Assembly: GCA_038087875.1 (NCBI GenBank)
Contig: CM075995.1
Coordinates: 2,482,001 to 2,546,000 of the forward strand
DNA: 64,000 nt
Direction of reading: 5' to 3'
Source of the DNA: Malacoraja senta
Taxonomy: Eukaryota
In this document: positions 1 through 13,290 of the stretch, in pieces
Layout of the letters: each line of letters opens with the position of its first letter
How positions within the stretch are numbered: the first letter of the stretch is position 1
Translations under genes and position numbers: made by a program
Notes under the pieces: generated by a model
Database searches by the model: none
Seen by the model: the letters and a program-made list of their open reading frames with translations, nothing else
What the model was told of the DNA's origin: nothing

Positions 1-344
1 GCCATTTAAAGTCAACGTACATTCCTGACATTAATGTGACCCGAAATGAACGGAACTCCAGATCAAGCGAAGACAAGCTTTATTTATGTGAGCTTTGCTG
101 CCTTAGTTTAAGACTTTTTCCCCCCATCAAAATAACAGATTTCAGTTATCTAAGAAGGGCTTTTCTTTGGGTAGATTACACAAAACTGCAGAACATAGAA
201 AAGCACAGCGCAGGAAAGGGCCCTTCGGCCCATAATGCCCGTGCTAAATATGATGCCAAATTAAACTAATTCCTTCAGCTTGCACGTTCGCTCCGTTCCG
301 CGGACCACCATATTCATGCGTAATATGCATGTTCCTTGCATATC

Positions 345-468
345 TTCTTCTTCTTACGTACAGCGTGCACAGCCTAAAGTGTGAGGACAACTTGTTCTAT
401 TTGATCTTATTTGATTGTGCATACCGTCGAAACAGGGCGGACCACGTGAAGGTTGCAATATCCCACCC
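345..468 (-). mobile_element. Short non-LTR 3' fragment with (GAA)n tail (RTE-like)
   Basis: (CTT)n at the left end; flanked by direct repeat ccttgcatatct. Confidence 0.55.
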
Positions 469-578
469 CCTTGCATATCTAAAAGCCTCTTAAATACCAC
501 CATTGTATTTGCTTCCACCATCAATTCCAGCCATCGACCACACTCAATGTAAAAAACGTATTCTTCACATCTCCTTTA

Positions 579-1130
579 CGGGCCTGTCCCACTTGGGCGA
601 CCTAATCCGCGAGTTCTGGCGAGTTTGCCCTCGACTCATACTCGCAGCATGGTCGTCACGAGGTCGTAGGAGGTCTTCGTAACTCTCCTTCATGCTCGAG
701 AGTGGTCTCCGCGTACTCGAGGCCTCAGCAAGGTCGCGGCATTTTTTTCAATATGTCAAAAATTGCCCGCAAGTAAAAAAAGGTCGCCATGGAAAAAATC
801 AATACTTTTTTTACTCGTAGGTTTAGTCGTAGTAGGTCGTAGTAGGTCGCAGTAGGTCGGCATGTTAGTCGTAGGTAATCGAGGGTAGTCGTAGATAGTC
901 TTCATCATAATCGAAGGGAGGTCGAAGGAGATCCAAGGAGGTCGTCTTCACTCTCCACTATTCGCTGTCCAATTTTCCCGAAGTTAGTTGTAGCTAGTCG
1001 TAGCTAGTCGAAGCTGGCTTCAACATAGTGGAAGGAGGTCTTCTACATAGTCGAAGGAGGCCTTCAACATGTCATTTTTTCAAACTCTTCCAAACTCGCC
1101 AATTAGGTCGCCCAAGTGGGACAGGCCCCT
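579..1130. mobile_element. PIF/Harbinger-like MITE, subfamily A
   Basis: TIR GGGCCTGTCCCACTTGGGCGACCTAAT / ATTAGGTCGCCCAAGTGGGACAGGCCC; TTA at 576-578 and 1131-1133; interior rich in GGTCG/AGTCGTAG. Confidence 0.8.
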
Positions 1131-1489
1131 TTAAGCTTTCTCCCTCTTACCTTAAAGCTAAGGTCTCTATCCTCTCCAATAGCTACCCTAGAATAAAAAC
1201 ATCCTTTATCACTGCCGTATATTTTCTGCAAAGACTCTCTAAATTTACATTTTATACTTTAACAATGCATTTATTCTACCCTCTGCCTGCTTTCAGAGTA
1301 ACCGGCCTTTCTTCAGTACCAAGATAAAATACCATGAATAAATAGCGCAAGATGGACAATAGAGAAATGATGAATCAGGATATTATATCTTCGTCTGAAT
1401 CTATAAAAATCTTCATGAAAGGTTTGAGTTTGCATTTGTTGTAAAATTACAGTGTTGTTATGGTTTAGTGCAAGAAGATCCAATCACGA

Positions 1490-1803
1490 CAGCACGGTGG
1501 CGCAGCGGTGGAGTTGCCGCCTTACGCCATATGCCTTAAGACCCGGGTACGATCCAGACTACGGGTGGTGTCTGTACGGAGTTAACGTTCTCCCTGTGGG
1601 TTTTTGGCCGAGATTTTCTGTTTCCTCCCACACTCCAAAGACGTACAGGTTGTCGGTTAATTGGTTTGGTACAAATGTAAATTGTCCCGAGTGTGTGTAG
1701 GATAGTGTTAAAGTGCGGGATCGCTGGTCGATGCGGACCCGGTGGGCCGAAGGGCCTGTTCTGTGCTGTGTCTCTAAACTAAACTAAACTAAACTACACT
1801 AAA
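1490..1803 (+). mobile_element. tRNA-derived V-SINE (HE1-like)
   Basis: A-box GGTGGCGCAGCGG, V-domain, CR1-like tail, (CTAAA)n end. Confidence 0.85.
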
Positions 1804-2224
1804 CAAGTTACATAATGCATCAAAACATGCCAGCTTTGATGTCATTTGTAAAGGGTTTGATGTTTTTGATTATAGTCAAGGAACATAGAACAGAACAGCA
1901 CAAAAAACAGGCCCTTCAGCCCTTAATCTCTGGGGGGGAACATGATGCCAAGTTCAAGTAATCTCCGAACAACGAATACTTGTTTTTGGTCCGCCAAGGC
2001 CAAAAGATCTTCCGGTTGCTAACTGTTTTAACTCTCCATCCCATTCCCGTACTGCCCTTTCTGTCCTGGGCCTCCTCCATTGTCAGAGTGAGGCCACACA
2101 CAAACTGGAGGGCAAGCAACTCATGAATATGAGCTCATAAGTCATAGGAGTAGAATTTGGCCATTTGGCCCATCGAGTCTAATCTGCCATTGGCTGACCT
2201 ATCTTTCCCTCTCAACCCCAATGC

Positions 2225-2870
2225 TTACAACCCAATGGTATTAACGTTGAATTCTCCAAACTTAGCTGAGCTCCAAAACCCATTTGAGCCCTGAGCTCCA
2301 AAACCCATCACAGCCCCTCTACCTTCCCCATCCCCCTGTGCCCTACCTGGTCTTGCATAGATTTCTCCCCTCCACCTTTGTTCCTTCCTCTGGCTTCACA
2401 ATTTGCAGCTCTTCGATCCTTCCGTCTCACACCTCCTGTTTTAATCTTCGTCCTTTGTTCCAACCATCTGCTTATCAAAACCCCCCATCGCCTCAGAGGG
2501 TGGTGGAGGCAGGTTCTCTGGATGCTTTCAAGAGAGAGCTAGATAGGGCTCTTAAAAATAGCGGAGTCAAGGGATATGGGGAGAAAGCAGGAACGGGGTA
2601 CTGATTGGGGATGATCAGCCATGATCACATTGAATGGCGGTGCTGGCTCGAAGGGCCGAATGGCCTACTCCTGCACCTATTGTCTATTGTCTATTGCCTC
2701 TGTTCACTTATTACCTGCCAATGCTTTGCCCTGCCTCTAGTCTCTCCCAGCTTTCTTCCCGCATGCCCCCCTACAACCAGTCTGAAGAAGGGTCCTGACC
2801 CAAAATGTCACCGATCATGTTCTCCAGAGATGCTGTCTGACCCGCTGGGTTACTCCAGCACTCTGTATCG
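2225..2870 (+). mobile_element. Penelope-like 3' region interrupted by a CR1 3' end (~2490-2697)
   Basis: Degenerate PLE end motif ctgaagaagggtc..; inserted CR1 C-terminus FKRELDRAL..GYGEKAGTGY plus 3'UTR. Confidence 0.65.
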
Positions 2871-3105
2871 TTTTCAGCAATCTCCTCTGCCTGCACATTA
2901 TCTTTATTGCTCCATCCCCCTACATGTCTATGTGTTCCTCTTAAACACCACTATCACACCTGCTTCCACTACCAACCCTGGCAGCGTATTTCAGGCACTG
3001 AAACTCTCTGTAAATTCCTAGCAATGCTATGCAGCCAAAACCAAAATAGTATTGAAGATATTACCTGTGGATCTAGATTATCAGTGAGAGAGGATTCTCC
3101 ACTGA

Positions 3106-3778
3106 TCAAGTCAAGTCAAGTCAAGTCACTTTTACTTCTATAGCACATTTAAAAAACAACTCTCGTTGACCAAAGTGCTTTACATTGGTGGAGGTACTAA
3201 GGTTATACAACAGTGGTTCATGGATTAAGTACATACATAAATACATACATATAGCCCTCCCTCAGAGGACGTCAAGAAAGGCTTCAGAGTAAAGATGAGT
3301 TTCGTCTCGACTTAAAAGAGTCGATGGAGGGGGCAGTTCTGATGGGAAGAGGGATGCTGTTCCACAGTCTAGGAGCTGCAACCGCAAAGGCGCGGTCGCC
3401 CCCGAGCTTATGCCTAGACCGCGGATGTTCAGTAACCCAAGTCGGCCGATATGAGGACCTGGAGGTGGTGTGGTGTGTAAGCAGACTTTTGATGTAGGTG
3501 GGGGCAAGCCCGTTAAGGGCTTTGTAAACATAAAGAAGGATCTTGAAATTTATTTGGAACCGCACAGGGAGCCAGTGGAGAAAGCAGAATCGGGGTGATG
3601 TGGTCCCTTTTTCGGGTGCCCGTCAGGAGTCTCGCTGTGGCGTTTTGGACCAGTTGCAGGCGGACGGGGAAGATTGGCTGATGCCAGTGTTAAGGGAGTT
3701 GGAGTAATCGAGGCGGGAGGAGATAATGTGTGGATGATTTTTTCGAGGTCGTCAACCGGAGGAATTGTTTTATTTGAT
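3106..3778 (-). mobile_element. L2 LINE 3' fragment
   Basis: FKILLYVYKALNGLAP..GDRAFAVAAPRLWNSIP; (TTGAC)n tail. Confidence 0.85.
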
Positions 3779-3779
3779 T

Positions 3780-4240
3780 CTCTACATGATTCTCTACATC
3801 GGCGAGACCAAGCGCAGGCTCGGCGATTGTTTCGCTGAACACCTCTGCTCAGTCCGTCTTAACCGACCTGATCAGTGGTTCAGCACTTCAACTCCCCGCC
3901 CATTTCCAATCTGACCTTTCTGTCCTGGGCCTCCTCCATTGTCAGAGTGCGGCCCAGCGTAAATTGGAGGAACAGCACCTCATATTTCGCTTGGGTAGTT
4001 TACACCCCAGCGGTATGAACATTGACCTCTAACTTCAGATAGCCCTTGCTTTCTCTCTCCCTCCCCTTCCCCTTCCCAGTTCTCCCACCAATCTTAGTCT
4101 CTGCCTACATTCTATAATTATCCCGCCCCCTTCCCTGACAACAGTCTGAAGAAGGGTCTCGACTCGAAACGTTGCTCATTACATCTCTCCAGAGATGCTG
4201 CCTCACCCGCTGAGTTACTCCAGCATTTTGTGTCTACCTT
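3780..4240 (+). mobile_element. Penelope-like element 3' part
   Basis: YIGETKRRL GIY-YIG remnant followed by PLE end; near-direct repeat tagatta(t)(c/a)agtga at ~3074 and ~4240 brackets both the PLE and the nested L2. Confidence 0.75.
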
Positions 4241-4584
4241 AGATTATAAGTGAACTGTTTTGCACATGACTGATATTATTAATCAAGAAACAGTAAAAGG
4301 CATTGTAACCAATGTTCAATCAGTAAAAGTGCCTGACCCACTGAGTTGCTCCAGGATTTTGTGTCTATCTTCAATCAGTAAAACCTACATAATAACCATG
4401 TCTTGACATTTTATTAGCGTTTTTTATTGCTCTCTGTCTGCTGCATGCCTATTGCCCAACTTCCAGGGCACAACTGCACATAAAATTTAAATAAAGGGAA
4501 TTTGAGCATTTATTTATCGTTGTGTCATATTCTCAAGGCCAAAATAGTTAAAAGAATTGGAATGAATACAGATCCTGCCAGTTG

Positions 4585-5270
4585 CAACTCCCTAGTTAAC
4601 TCATCTCTTCCCACCCAAACCACCCCCTCCTCAGGTACATTCTCCTGCAACCGCAGGAGATGCAACACTTGTCCCTATACCTCCCCCCTCGACTCTGTCC
4701 AGGGCCTCTGACAGTCCCTTCAGGTTAGGCAGAGGTACACTTGCACCTCCTCCAACCTCATCTACTGTATCCGTTGTTCAGATGTGGACTCTTACACATC
4801 GGCGAGACCAAATGTAGACTGGGCAATCGTTTTGCTGAACACCTTCACTCAGTCCACCTGGACATACCCGATCTCCCAGTTGCCAAACACTTTAATCACC
4901 CTTCCCATTCCACACAGGCCTTTCTGTCCTCGGACTCCTCCAATGTTAGAGTGAGGCTAAACGCAAATTGGAGGAACAGCATCTCATATTTCGCTTGGGC
5001 AGTTTACAACTCAGGGGTATGAATATTGATTTCTCTAACTTCAAGTAACCCTGGCATTCCCTCTCTCCCCATCCCTCCCCCACCTAAGTCACACCAGGTT
5101 TTAGTTCTCACCTAGTAAACAGCTATCAATGGCCTGTTTCCTTTATCACTGTTACAATTTTGCTTATCTTTCATTCATTTGTTCTGTATCTCCCCACATC
5201 ATCGTCTATATCTCTCGTTTCCCTTTCCGTGACTTTCAGTCTGAAGAAGGGTCTCGACCCTAAACTTCAA
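4585..5270 (+). mobile_element. Penelope-like element fragment (GIY-YIG endonuclease region)
   Basis: Frameshifted GTFSCNRRRCNTCPY / NLIYCI..CGLLHIGETKCRLGNRFAEHL..PVAKHFN. Confidence 0.85.
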
Positions 5271-5483
5271 CCAAACTTATGTAATGGGAAACATACGGGT
5301 TTAGCTTTAACCCCATCCAAGAATATATATGAGCATTCTGGTTGTTAAAGATGACATTTAGTAAAGATTATTAGACTAAGAAGAGTAGAAACAATGATAA
5401 TGTATAAAATTATAAGATTGGGGGGGGGGGGGGGGGGGTGATCTCTGTAAACTGAGGTGCATGGGAACTTCATGCAGAGGGTG

Positions 5484-5703
5484 GAAAGAAAGAACTACAG
5501 ATGCTGGTAATACACAAAATGACACAAAATGCTGGAGTAACTCATTGAGTCAGACAGCATTCCTGGAGAACATGGATAGGTGATGTTTTGCATTGAGACC
5601 CTTCTATAGACTGAAGAAGGGTTTCGACCCGAAATGTCACCTACCCATGTTCTCCTGGGATGCTACCTGACCTGCTGAGTTACTCCAGCACTTGGTGTCT
5701 TCC
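5484..5703. mobile_element. Fold-back Penelope mini-element inserted into a CR1 fragment
   Basis: Inverted PLE ends; direct repeat tgcagagggtg on both sides. Confidence 0.7.
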
Positions 5704-5996
5704 TGCAGAGGGTGATGAATTTCTGGAATTCTCTACCCCACAGGGTTGTAGAGAGTTGATCATCGGGAATATTTCAAGAGGAAATAGATACATTCTTGAA
5801 AGATGAGGGAATCGTGGGCTATGGGAACAGGCTCAGAAGAGGGGTTGAGGCCTGGGACAGATCCGCCAGGATCATATGGAATGCAGGACAGACCTGAGGG
5901 ACTGTGTGACTTACTCCTGCTCCTGTCTTATGCTCTTATAAAAGCAATTTACCTTGCAGGCACCGTACACAGAATAGTGTGTGCCAGTTATAAAAG

Positions 5997-6075
5997 TCGA
6001 CCTGAAACGTCACCTATTCCTTCGCTCCATAGATGCTGCCTCACCTGCTGAGTTTCTCCAGCGTTTTTTTCTACC
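5997..6075 (+). mobile_element. 79-bp Penelope terminal insertion
   Basis: 15-bp TSD tgccagttataaaag (5982-5996, 6076-6090). Confidence 0.8.
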
Positions 6076-6619
6076 TGCCAGTTATAAAAGAGTAGGAACT
6101 GCAATGCACCAATAAACTACTTGGAGCCATACAGCATGGATACAGGCCCTTTGGCCCAACTTGTCCACAAGATGCCCCATCTAAACTAGCCCCATTTGCC
6201 AGTGTTTGGCCAATATCCATCTAAACCTTTCCTGTCCAAGTATCTTTTAAATGCTGTTATAGTGCCTGGTTCAACTACTCCTCTGGCAACTCACTTACTC
6301 ATCAACATGAAGTTTCAGCACTCTTAGAACAAGTCATGATCTGAAATGCACCAGCTGAAAAGGTAATGGAAGCAGATGCATTGGTGACCAGTAAAAGAGA
6401 ACGGATTGAATACTTGGATAGGAAAAAATTGCAGGGTTATGGAAAAGAGTGATGGGGGAAGTCGAATAATTGATTACCCAGATAGAATGGCCAACTGGCA
6501 TCCTTTGATGGGAGATTCCCGAAAGTCCTCTGCATTTAATGAATGCTTTGAAGTTTAGACTACATGATGGACCAAAAGACCTCATGGAAACCCCCCCCCA
6601 ATGGTGCGTTGTTGTCAGG

Positions 6620-6812
6620 GAAGGAACTGCAGATGCTGGTTTACACCAAAGATAGACTAAATGCAGGAATAATAAGCGGGACAGGCAGCATCTCCGGAGA
6701 GAAGGAATGAGTGACGTTTCGGATCAAGACCCTTCTTCCCCGAAACGTCACCCATTCCTTCTCTCCAGAGATGCTGTCTGTCCCGCAGAGATACTCTAGC
6801 ATTTTGTGTCTC
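6620..6812. mobile_element. Fold-back Penelope mini-element
   Basis: gaaggaactgcagatgctgg... then an inverted copy ending tagcattttgtgtct. Confidence 0.7.
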
Positions 6813-6824
6813 TCTTGGGTGCGT

Positions 6825-7140
6825 TATTGTCACATGTGCAATGCACAGCAAAATTATTTTTTGCATAGATCACACATACACGAGCTGCCAAATTTTACGG
6901 CATTTACAAAAAGTCCAAGGTCCGGTCCAAGAGCACGATGTACTGGAGTGGCTCCCGATCCAGGTAAGCCCCAGGCCGTTGTAGGGCCTCCTCTGTTGCC
7001 TTCGACCGGCTCGGCCCATGATCCCACGTCCCTCTCCTCGCCCGACTGCCTTGTGTCCCGGGGGCGCCTCCTGCAGCCGACCTTGAAGGCGCTGGATGCA
7101 TTACCCCGGTCCCTCTCCTACCTGCCCACTCACCACGTCC
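6825..7140 (-). mobile_element. GC-rich non-autonomous element with Rex-type tail; opposite-orientation relative at ~46730-47230
   Basis: Shared gatgtactggagt.gctccc and cctcctgcagccgacc.tgaaggcg with the reverse complement of 46980-47120. Confidence 0.55.
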
Positions 7141-7435
7141 CTCTGAAACTATGTTCCATTCTTTCCCTAAATTTCCGACTGAACTCACTCTTGTTATGAA
7201 CCTCTGAAGCCAGGGGGTGGTAGGTTTGTGGAATTCATTGCCGCAGGTGGCTGCAGAGGCCAGGAAATTGGGGATTTTTAGGGCGGAGATTGATTCTTAA
7301 CGAGGAAGGGCGTCATATGTTACAGGGAGAAGGCAGGAGAATGGGGTTGAGAGGGAAAAATAAATCAGCCATGATTGAATGGTGGAGTAGACTCAATGGG
7401 CTGAATGGCCTAATTCTGCTCCTCGGTCTTATGGC

Positions 7436-7900
7436 ACCACATCACCCCAGTTCTCAAGAACTCCACTGGCTTCCCATTTCCCACCGGATCATCTACAAAA
7501 TCCTGGTCCTCACCTACAAAGCTCTCAACCACTTGGCCCCCCCTTATCTCACTGACCTCCTCTCCCCTACCAACCCTCACGGTCCCTCAGATCCACATCA
7601 GCTGGTCTCCTCTCCACTCCGAAATCAAACCTCTGCACTTTTGGAGGCAGAGCCTTCTCCAGGGCAGCTCCCAGGCTCTGGAATTCCCTCCCACAACTGA
7701 TCCGAAATTCTGAGTCCCTCACCATGTTCCAGTCCCGCCTCAAGACCCATCTCTTCACCTCTGCATACCCTTAGTCCCATGTTCCCCTCCCCTTTGCATC
7801 TCTGTCTTACTGCTCTATTTTGTTTATTCTTGACTCTCAATGTAAAGCGACTTTGAGTCCTGAAAAGCGCTATATAAATAAAATGTATTATTATTATTAT
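7436..7900 (+). mobile_element. L2 LINE 3' fragment
   Basis: ELHWLPISHRIIYKILVLTYKALNHLAPPYL; tail gtaaagcgactttgag..(tat)n. Confidence 0.85.
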
Positions 7901-8337
7901 GGCCTTAACACAAAGTTGCCTGGACCCTAAACATCGCTTGCCCATTCCCTCCGCGGATGCTGCCCGATCTCTGCAGTCCCTCCAGCTCTGCTACTGCTGT
8001 AACTAACTTTGTTTGCTAAAAAGCAATATATTTGAGAGTAGACTTAAAATGATTTCATGAAGAAACCATAGTTGTAATGGCAAATTTCCGACTCTTCCAG
8101 TGTCCTCTTTCCGTTGCCATGACTACACAGGTAAGTAGGAGTGATCTTACGCAGACCAAATACAACAGATCTTCCAGTCGTTACTTGGTTGATTATTGAA
8201 GTAGTTGTACAAACAAAGAGATGAACGTACCAGGTTTTCCTTATTCTGCATGCAAGTTGTAGCTGGCTGTTCTCCCCAGTCTGGTGAGAACTGTATGCTC
8301 TCCTTCCCTGTGCCTGGTCTGCCTCTTCCTATCCCCT

Positions 8338-8373
8338 ATAGAGGGGCCTATATATATATATAGGCCCCTCTAT
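8338..8373. repeat. Perfect 36-bp palindrome with (TA)7 centre
   Basis: atagaggggcc-(ta)7-ggcccctctat. Confidence 0.9.
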
Positions 8374-9067
8374 GCATCTAATGACCACCCTCAAGTCTCC
8401 AAAATAATACTGCAAGATATATCTAGACAAAATAATATAAGATGCCAACAGTAGCTAGCCTAAACATAAATGGCTCCTACAATCGTGGTATGACTTCTAA
8501 CAGGATAGGGGATTTTGCTTCTATTATTGGTGCAGTTATAGATAAGTAAGTAAGTAAGTTTATTGGCCAAGTATTCACATACAAGGAATTTGCCTTGGTG
8601 CTCCGCCCACAAGTAACAACATGACACACAGTGACAGTTACGAATGACTCAGAAAACACTAAACATTAATAATAATAAAACAATAATGATAAAGTAATCT
8701 TTGTAGGGTTTTCACAGACGACACAAACGAACAAACACATACAAAACAGCAAGGAGCAGTACACCGTGGCCGCCATCGTCGGCGCCAGCAGCAGCAGCTA
8801 CACTGCAAGCAGCAAATATATATTTTAAACCTGGCAGATAAACTTGTTGCATCTTGGAGGAAATTCCCCATTTGTGTTTAACATTCAAGGCCTTCATGTT
8901 AAGTAGTCAAACGTTTAACGTTGCCCTTTTAGCTGTGATGTAAATGCATGATTGTGTTACTTGGGCATCTTGCTTACTATTGCAAAAGGTCAAAAAGCAC
9001 AACACAATAACTGGATGTACCAAACGTGAACATCCCAATTGTTGAATTCTTATTCCAGGAACACCTC

Positions 9068-9502
9068 AGAAAGAATGGATCGACTGGGCTTATATTCACT
9101 GGAATTCACAAGGATAAGAGGGGATCTTAGAGAAACAAAAAAAATCTTAAGGGATTGACAGGCTAGATGCAGGAAAAAAAAAATTCCCGATGTTGGGAGA
9201 GTCTAGAACCAGGGCTCACAGTTTAAGAATAAAGGGTAGGCCATATAGGACTGCGATGAGGATAAACGTTTTCTCCCAGAGAGTTGTGAATCTGTGGAAT
9301 TCTCTGCCACAGAAGGCAGTGGAGGCTAATTCACTGGATGTTTTCAAGAGAGTAAGCTCTTAAGGCTAATGGAATCAAGGGATATGGAAGAAAACAGGAA
9401 CAGGGTACTGATTTTGGATGATCAGCCATGATCATATTGAATTGCGGTGCTGGCTCAAAGGGCCGAATGGCCTACTCCTGCACCTATTTTCTATGTTTCT
9501 AT
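9068..9502 (+). mobile_element. CR1 LINE 3' fragment
   Basis: Degenerate RT C-terminus plus 3'UTR gatcagccatgatcatattgaa..gggccgaatggcctactcc. Confidence 0.85.
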
Positions 9503-10828
9503 TAAAGCCTAGATATTACTCCACTCTGCAGTTGGGACTGACAATCAAGAAGACTACCAATGCAGAATGCTTTCACTCTTGTGAACTTGTGAAAACTTTA
9601 GCATCTTCACAAGTTCACAAATTATAGGACTAGAATTAGGCCATTCGGCCCATCGAGTCTGCTCCACCATTCAATTATGGCTGATCTCTGCCACCTAATC
9701 CCATTTTCCTGCCTTCTCCCCGTTACCCTTGACACTCGTTCTAATCAAGAATTTGTCTATCTCTGCCTTAAAAATACCCACTGACTCTATATCTTTCTAC
9801 AGAATAGCATTTACATATGCAGAGAAATGCAAACTGGAAGTACTACCTACTACCCAACGGTACATTGAACTCTCCAATTTCAAATAAAATTACCCCCATC
9901 CACCCCTCTCTTTCCCCAGCTCCTGCCCCCACATCCGCTGTGTGATATATTTGTCCCATTACTCCCCGAACTCTGTACCTTACCTTCACTCGCCCTCTTC
10001 AGTCCATCTTCCACCTCTCCCTACTCCGTTCTTCTTTTATCTTCCTTCTTTCCCCTCTCCCTAGTCCCTTTCCACTTGGTTTGCATTTCACTCCTCCTCT
10101 CCCGTCTTTATCCACATCTTTTGTCTCCATTTCACCTCTAACCTCTGCCATTATATCTACCCACTTGCCAACCAACCCCAACCGTTTCAGGTCAGAACCC
10201 TTCTTTAGACCTTCTGAAGAAGGGTTCTGACCCAAAACGTCACCTATTCCTTTTCTCCAGAGATGCTGCCTGACCCAGTGAGTTACTCAAGAACCTTGTG
10301 TCTATCATAAGGAAGAGGAGTAGAATTAGGCCCATCAAGTCTACTCCGCCATGGCTGATTTATCGCTCCCTCTGAACCCCATTCTCCTGTCTTCTTCTCT
10401 GAACCCCATTCTCCCCATAACCTGTGACACCCGTACTAATCAAGAATCCTCCAGCACTTTGTTTTTTCTACTCAAGTTCCCAGCATCTGCAGTCTCTCAT
10501 GTCTCAATAGGGAATGTTGGTATTTCAGATGGAACCCAGCAATATTCTAAACATCTACTAAATTTTGCCTACCGACATTAAAAAATGCCAAACATCCAGA
10601 TTCTTCGGCAAGAGACAAAAATGTCTCACCGAAGTATTCCTGAATTTGAAAACTTTTCATTACTGGCCGCATAATTTGAAATTGTTATAATAAATGTGAT
10701 CATTAAAAGGGATACTAAAATACATAACCTTAAAGTAACGTTCACTGCCAGATGGAGTGCACGAGACATTATTACAGAAAGGCTCATCTCAAACCTTCTG
10801 ATTTAGGTAATCCAATGATTTGTGATGA

Positions 10829-12383
10829 ATGGTGAAAGAAAGAATGGGTCGACTGGGCTTATATTCACTGGAATTTAGAAGGATGAGAGGGGATCTTAAA
10901 GCCCTGTCCCACGGTACGAGTTCATTCCAAGAGCTCTCCCGAGTAAAAAAAAAAAGAAAACTCGTGGTAAGCACGGGGAATGAACGTAGCGGGTACGTTG
11001 GCAAAAACAGGAAAGCAGACTATTATCTAAATGGTGGCCGATTAGGAAATGGGGAGATGCAGCGAGACCTGGGTGTCATGGTACACCAGTCATTGAAAGT
11101 AGGCATGCAGGTGCAGCAGGCAGTGAAGAAAGCGAATGGTATGTTAGCTTTCATAGCAAAAGGATTTGAGTATAGGAGCAGGGAGGTTCTACTGCAGCTG
11201 TACAGGGTCTTGGTGAGACCACACCTGGAGTATTGCGTACAGTTTTGGTCTCCAAATCTGAGGAAGGACATTATAGCCATAGAGGGAGTGCAGAGAAGGT
11301 TCACCAGACTGATTCCTGGGATGTCAGGACTTTCATATGAAGAAAGACTGGATAGACTTGGCTTATACTCGCTAGAATTTAGGAGATTGAGAAGGGATCT
11401 TATAGAAACGTACAAAATTCTTATAGGGTTGGACAGGCTAGATGCAGGAAGATTGTTCCCGATGTTGGGGAAGTCCAGGACAAGGGGTCACAGCTTAAGG
11501 ATAAGGGGGAAATCCTTTAAGACCGAGATGAGGAAAAACTTTTTCACACAGAGAGTGGTGAATCTCTGGAACTCTCTGCCACAGAGGGTAGTTGAGGCCA
11601 GTTCATTGGCTATATTTAAGAGGGAGTTAGATGTGGACCTTGTGGCTAAACGGATCAGGGGGTATGGAGAGAAGGCAGGTATGGGATACTGAGTTGGATG
11701 ATCAGCCATGATCATATTGAATGGCGGTGCAGGCTCGAAGGGCCGAATGGCCTACTCCTGCACCTATTTTCTATGTATCTATGTATCTATATGTCGGAGC
11801 TCGGGGACGTCTCTTAGCGGCTCGTAACGCTAACGGCAGGTACTCGCGAAGACTCGTGAAGATTTTTCAACATGTTGAAAAATATCCACGAGAGCCCCGA
11901 GTACCGACGAGTGGCCATTACCATAAATCTCCGAGTTCGAATCAGGGCAAACTCGGGAGAGCTCTTGGAATGAACTCGTACCGTGGGACAGGGCTATTAT
12001 AGAAACATATACAATTCTTAAGGGATTGGACAAGCGAGGTACAGGAAAAAATGTTCCGCATGTTGGGGGAGTCCAGAACCGGGGGTCACAGTTTAAGAAT
12101 AAGGGGTAGGCCATTTAAGACTGAGATGAGGAAAAACTTTTTCACCCAGAGAGCTGTGAATCTGTGGAATTCTCTGCCACAGAAGGCAGTGGAGGCCAAT
12201 TCACTGGATGTTTTCAAGAGAGAGTTAGATATAGCTCTTAGGCCTAACGGAATCAAGGGATATGGGGAGAAAGCAGGAACGGGGTACTGATTTTGGATTA
12301 TCAGCCATGATCATATTGAATGGCAGTGCTGGCTCGAAGGGCCGAATGGCCTACTCCTGCACCTATTTTCTATGTTTCTATGT
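10829..12383 (+). mobile_element. Outer CR1 3' fragment split by a MITE, which itself contains a second CR1
   Basis: CR1 ggggatctta|tagaaacata is interrupted at 10899-11996. Confidence 0.85.
10899..11996. mobile_element. PIF/Harbinger-like MITE, subfamily B, with nested CR1 at ~10999-11790
   Basis: TIR GCCCTGTCCCACGGTACGAGTTCATTCCAAGAGCTCTCCCGAG at both ends; TTA TSD at 10896-10898 and 11997-11999. Confidence 0.85.
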
Positions 12384-13036
12384 TGCTGGAACCTTCAAAA
12401 AAACAATCTGGCCCAGGACCTCTCTCCTCTTTCGTTGATTGTTAAGAACCTATGGCAACCAGGCTCCCAAATGCATGTATGGCCACAGCATGAACGTCCT
12501 CTTACAGCCTACACCATTAAAAATTTAAACGCATATTCTAATATCTGATAACATTAACATTTTTCAGGCAGTAATTTCGCAGCAAGCTTAACAGATGGTA
12601 TTCCTGCTCTTTTCTGGTGACAGATGTATCCTGAGGGTGCAATAATATCTCATCTTTTCATTTTATATAGTCCCTGTTCGGTCTGTCTCCAGTTATATTT
12701 CCGACAGAAGCGCAACTGGAGAGGGCAGTGTAAACGTGAGGAATTACAGACTGGCTTGACCCAGCCGTTAAAAAGATTGAGAAACACGCTGTTAACTTGT
12801 ACCTTGATAAAGCAGCACACATACCCTTTTGGCAGCTTTGAATTGCTTCATTACTCAATTCAAATAATCAACGTGTCCTCAGATATAGTTAGCTTCTGCT
12901 GGTCTGCCAGCACCTGCAGTTTTATATAAAATGGTTTATGAATTAGTACTATAACTCATTTATTTGAACTATGTTGCTGTTACTATGGTTATTGCCATTT
13001 AGTGTACGTTGGAATAGCATTGATCAGGAACAACAT

Positions 13037-13162
13037 GGAAGAAGGGTCTCGGCCCAAAACGTTGCCTATTTCCTTCGCTCCATAGATGCTGCCTCACACG
13101 CTGAGTTGCTCCAGCATTTTTGCCTACCTTTGATTTTCCAGCATCTGTAGTTCCTTCTTAAA
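13037..13162 (+). mobile_element. Penelope terminal insertion
   Basis: 12-bp TSD caggaacaacat (13025-13036, 13163-13174). Confidence 0.8.
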
Positions 13163-13290
13163 CAGGAACAACATATTAGGCATTAGCCAGTTTTTTTTTG
13201 GATTAAAAGTGCAATCCAAAAGGAGCAGATATTACCAACAGATATCTGGCAAAGGAAAGATTTGGTAAATATTTTTATTGCTATCCTAAC

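Noticed and set aside
1490..1560. tRNA genes in SINE heads
   Set aside because: A/B boxes continue into the V-domain and LINE tail, so these are SINEs
5420..5438. G19 run as a functional G-quadruplex
   Set aside because: Simple homopolymer; several similar runs occur and there is no functional evidence
8091..8136. Plus-strand 30-nt exon (ccag..CAG|GTAAGT)
   Set aside because: Antisense to CDKAL1, no recognisable peptide, and no partner exons; unsupported without RNA data
10829..11692. 287-aa ORF as a gene
   Set aside because: CR1/MITE/CR1 chimera
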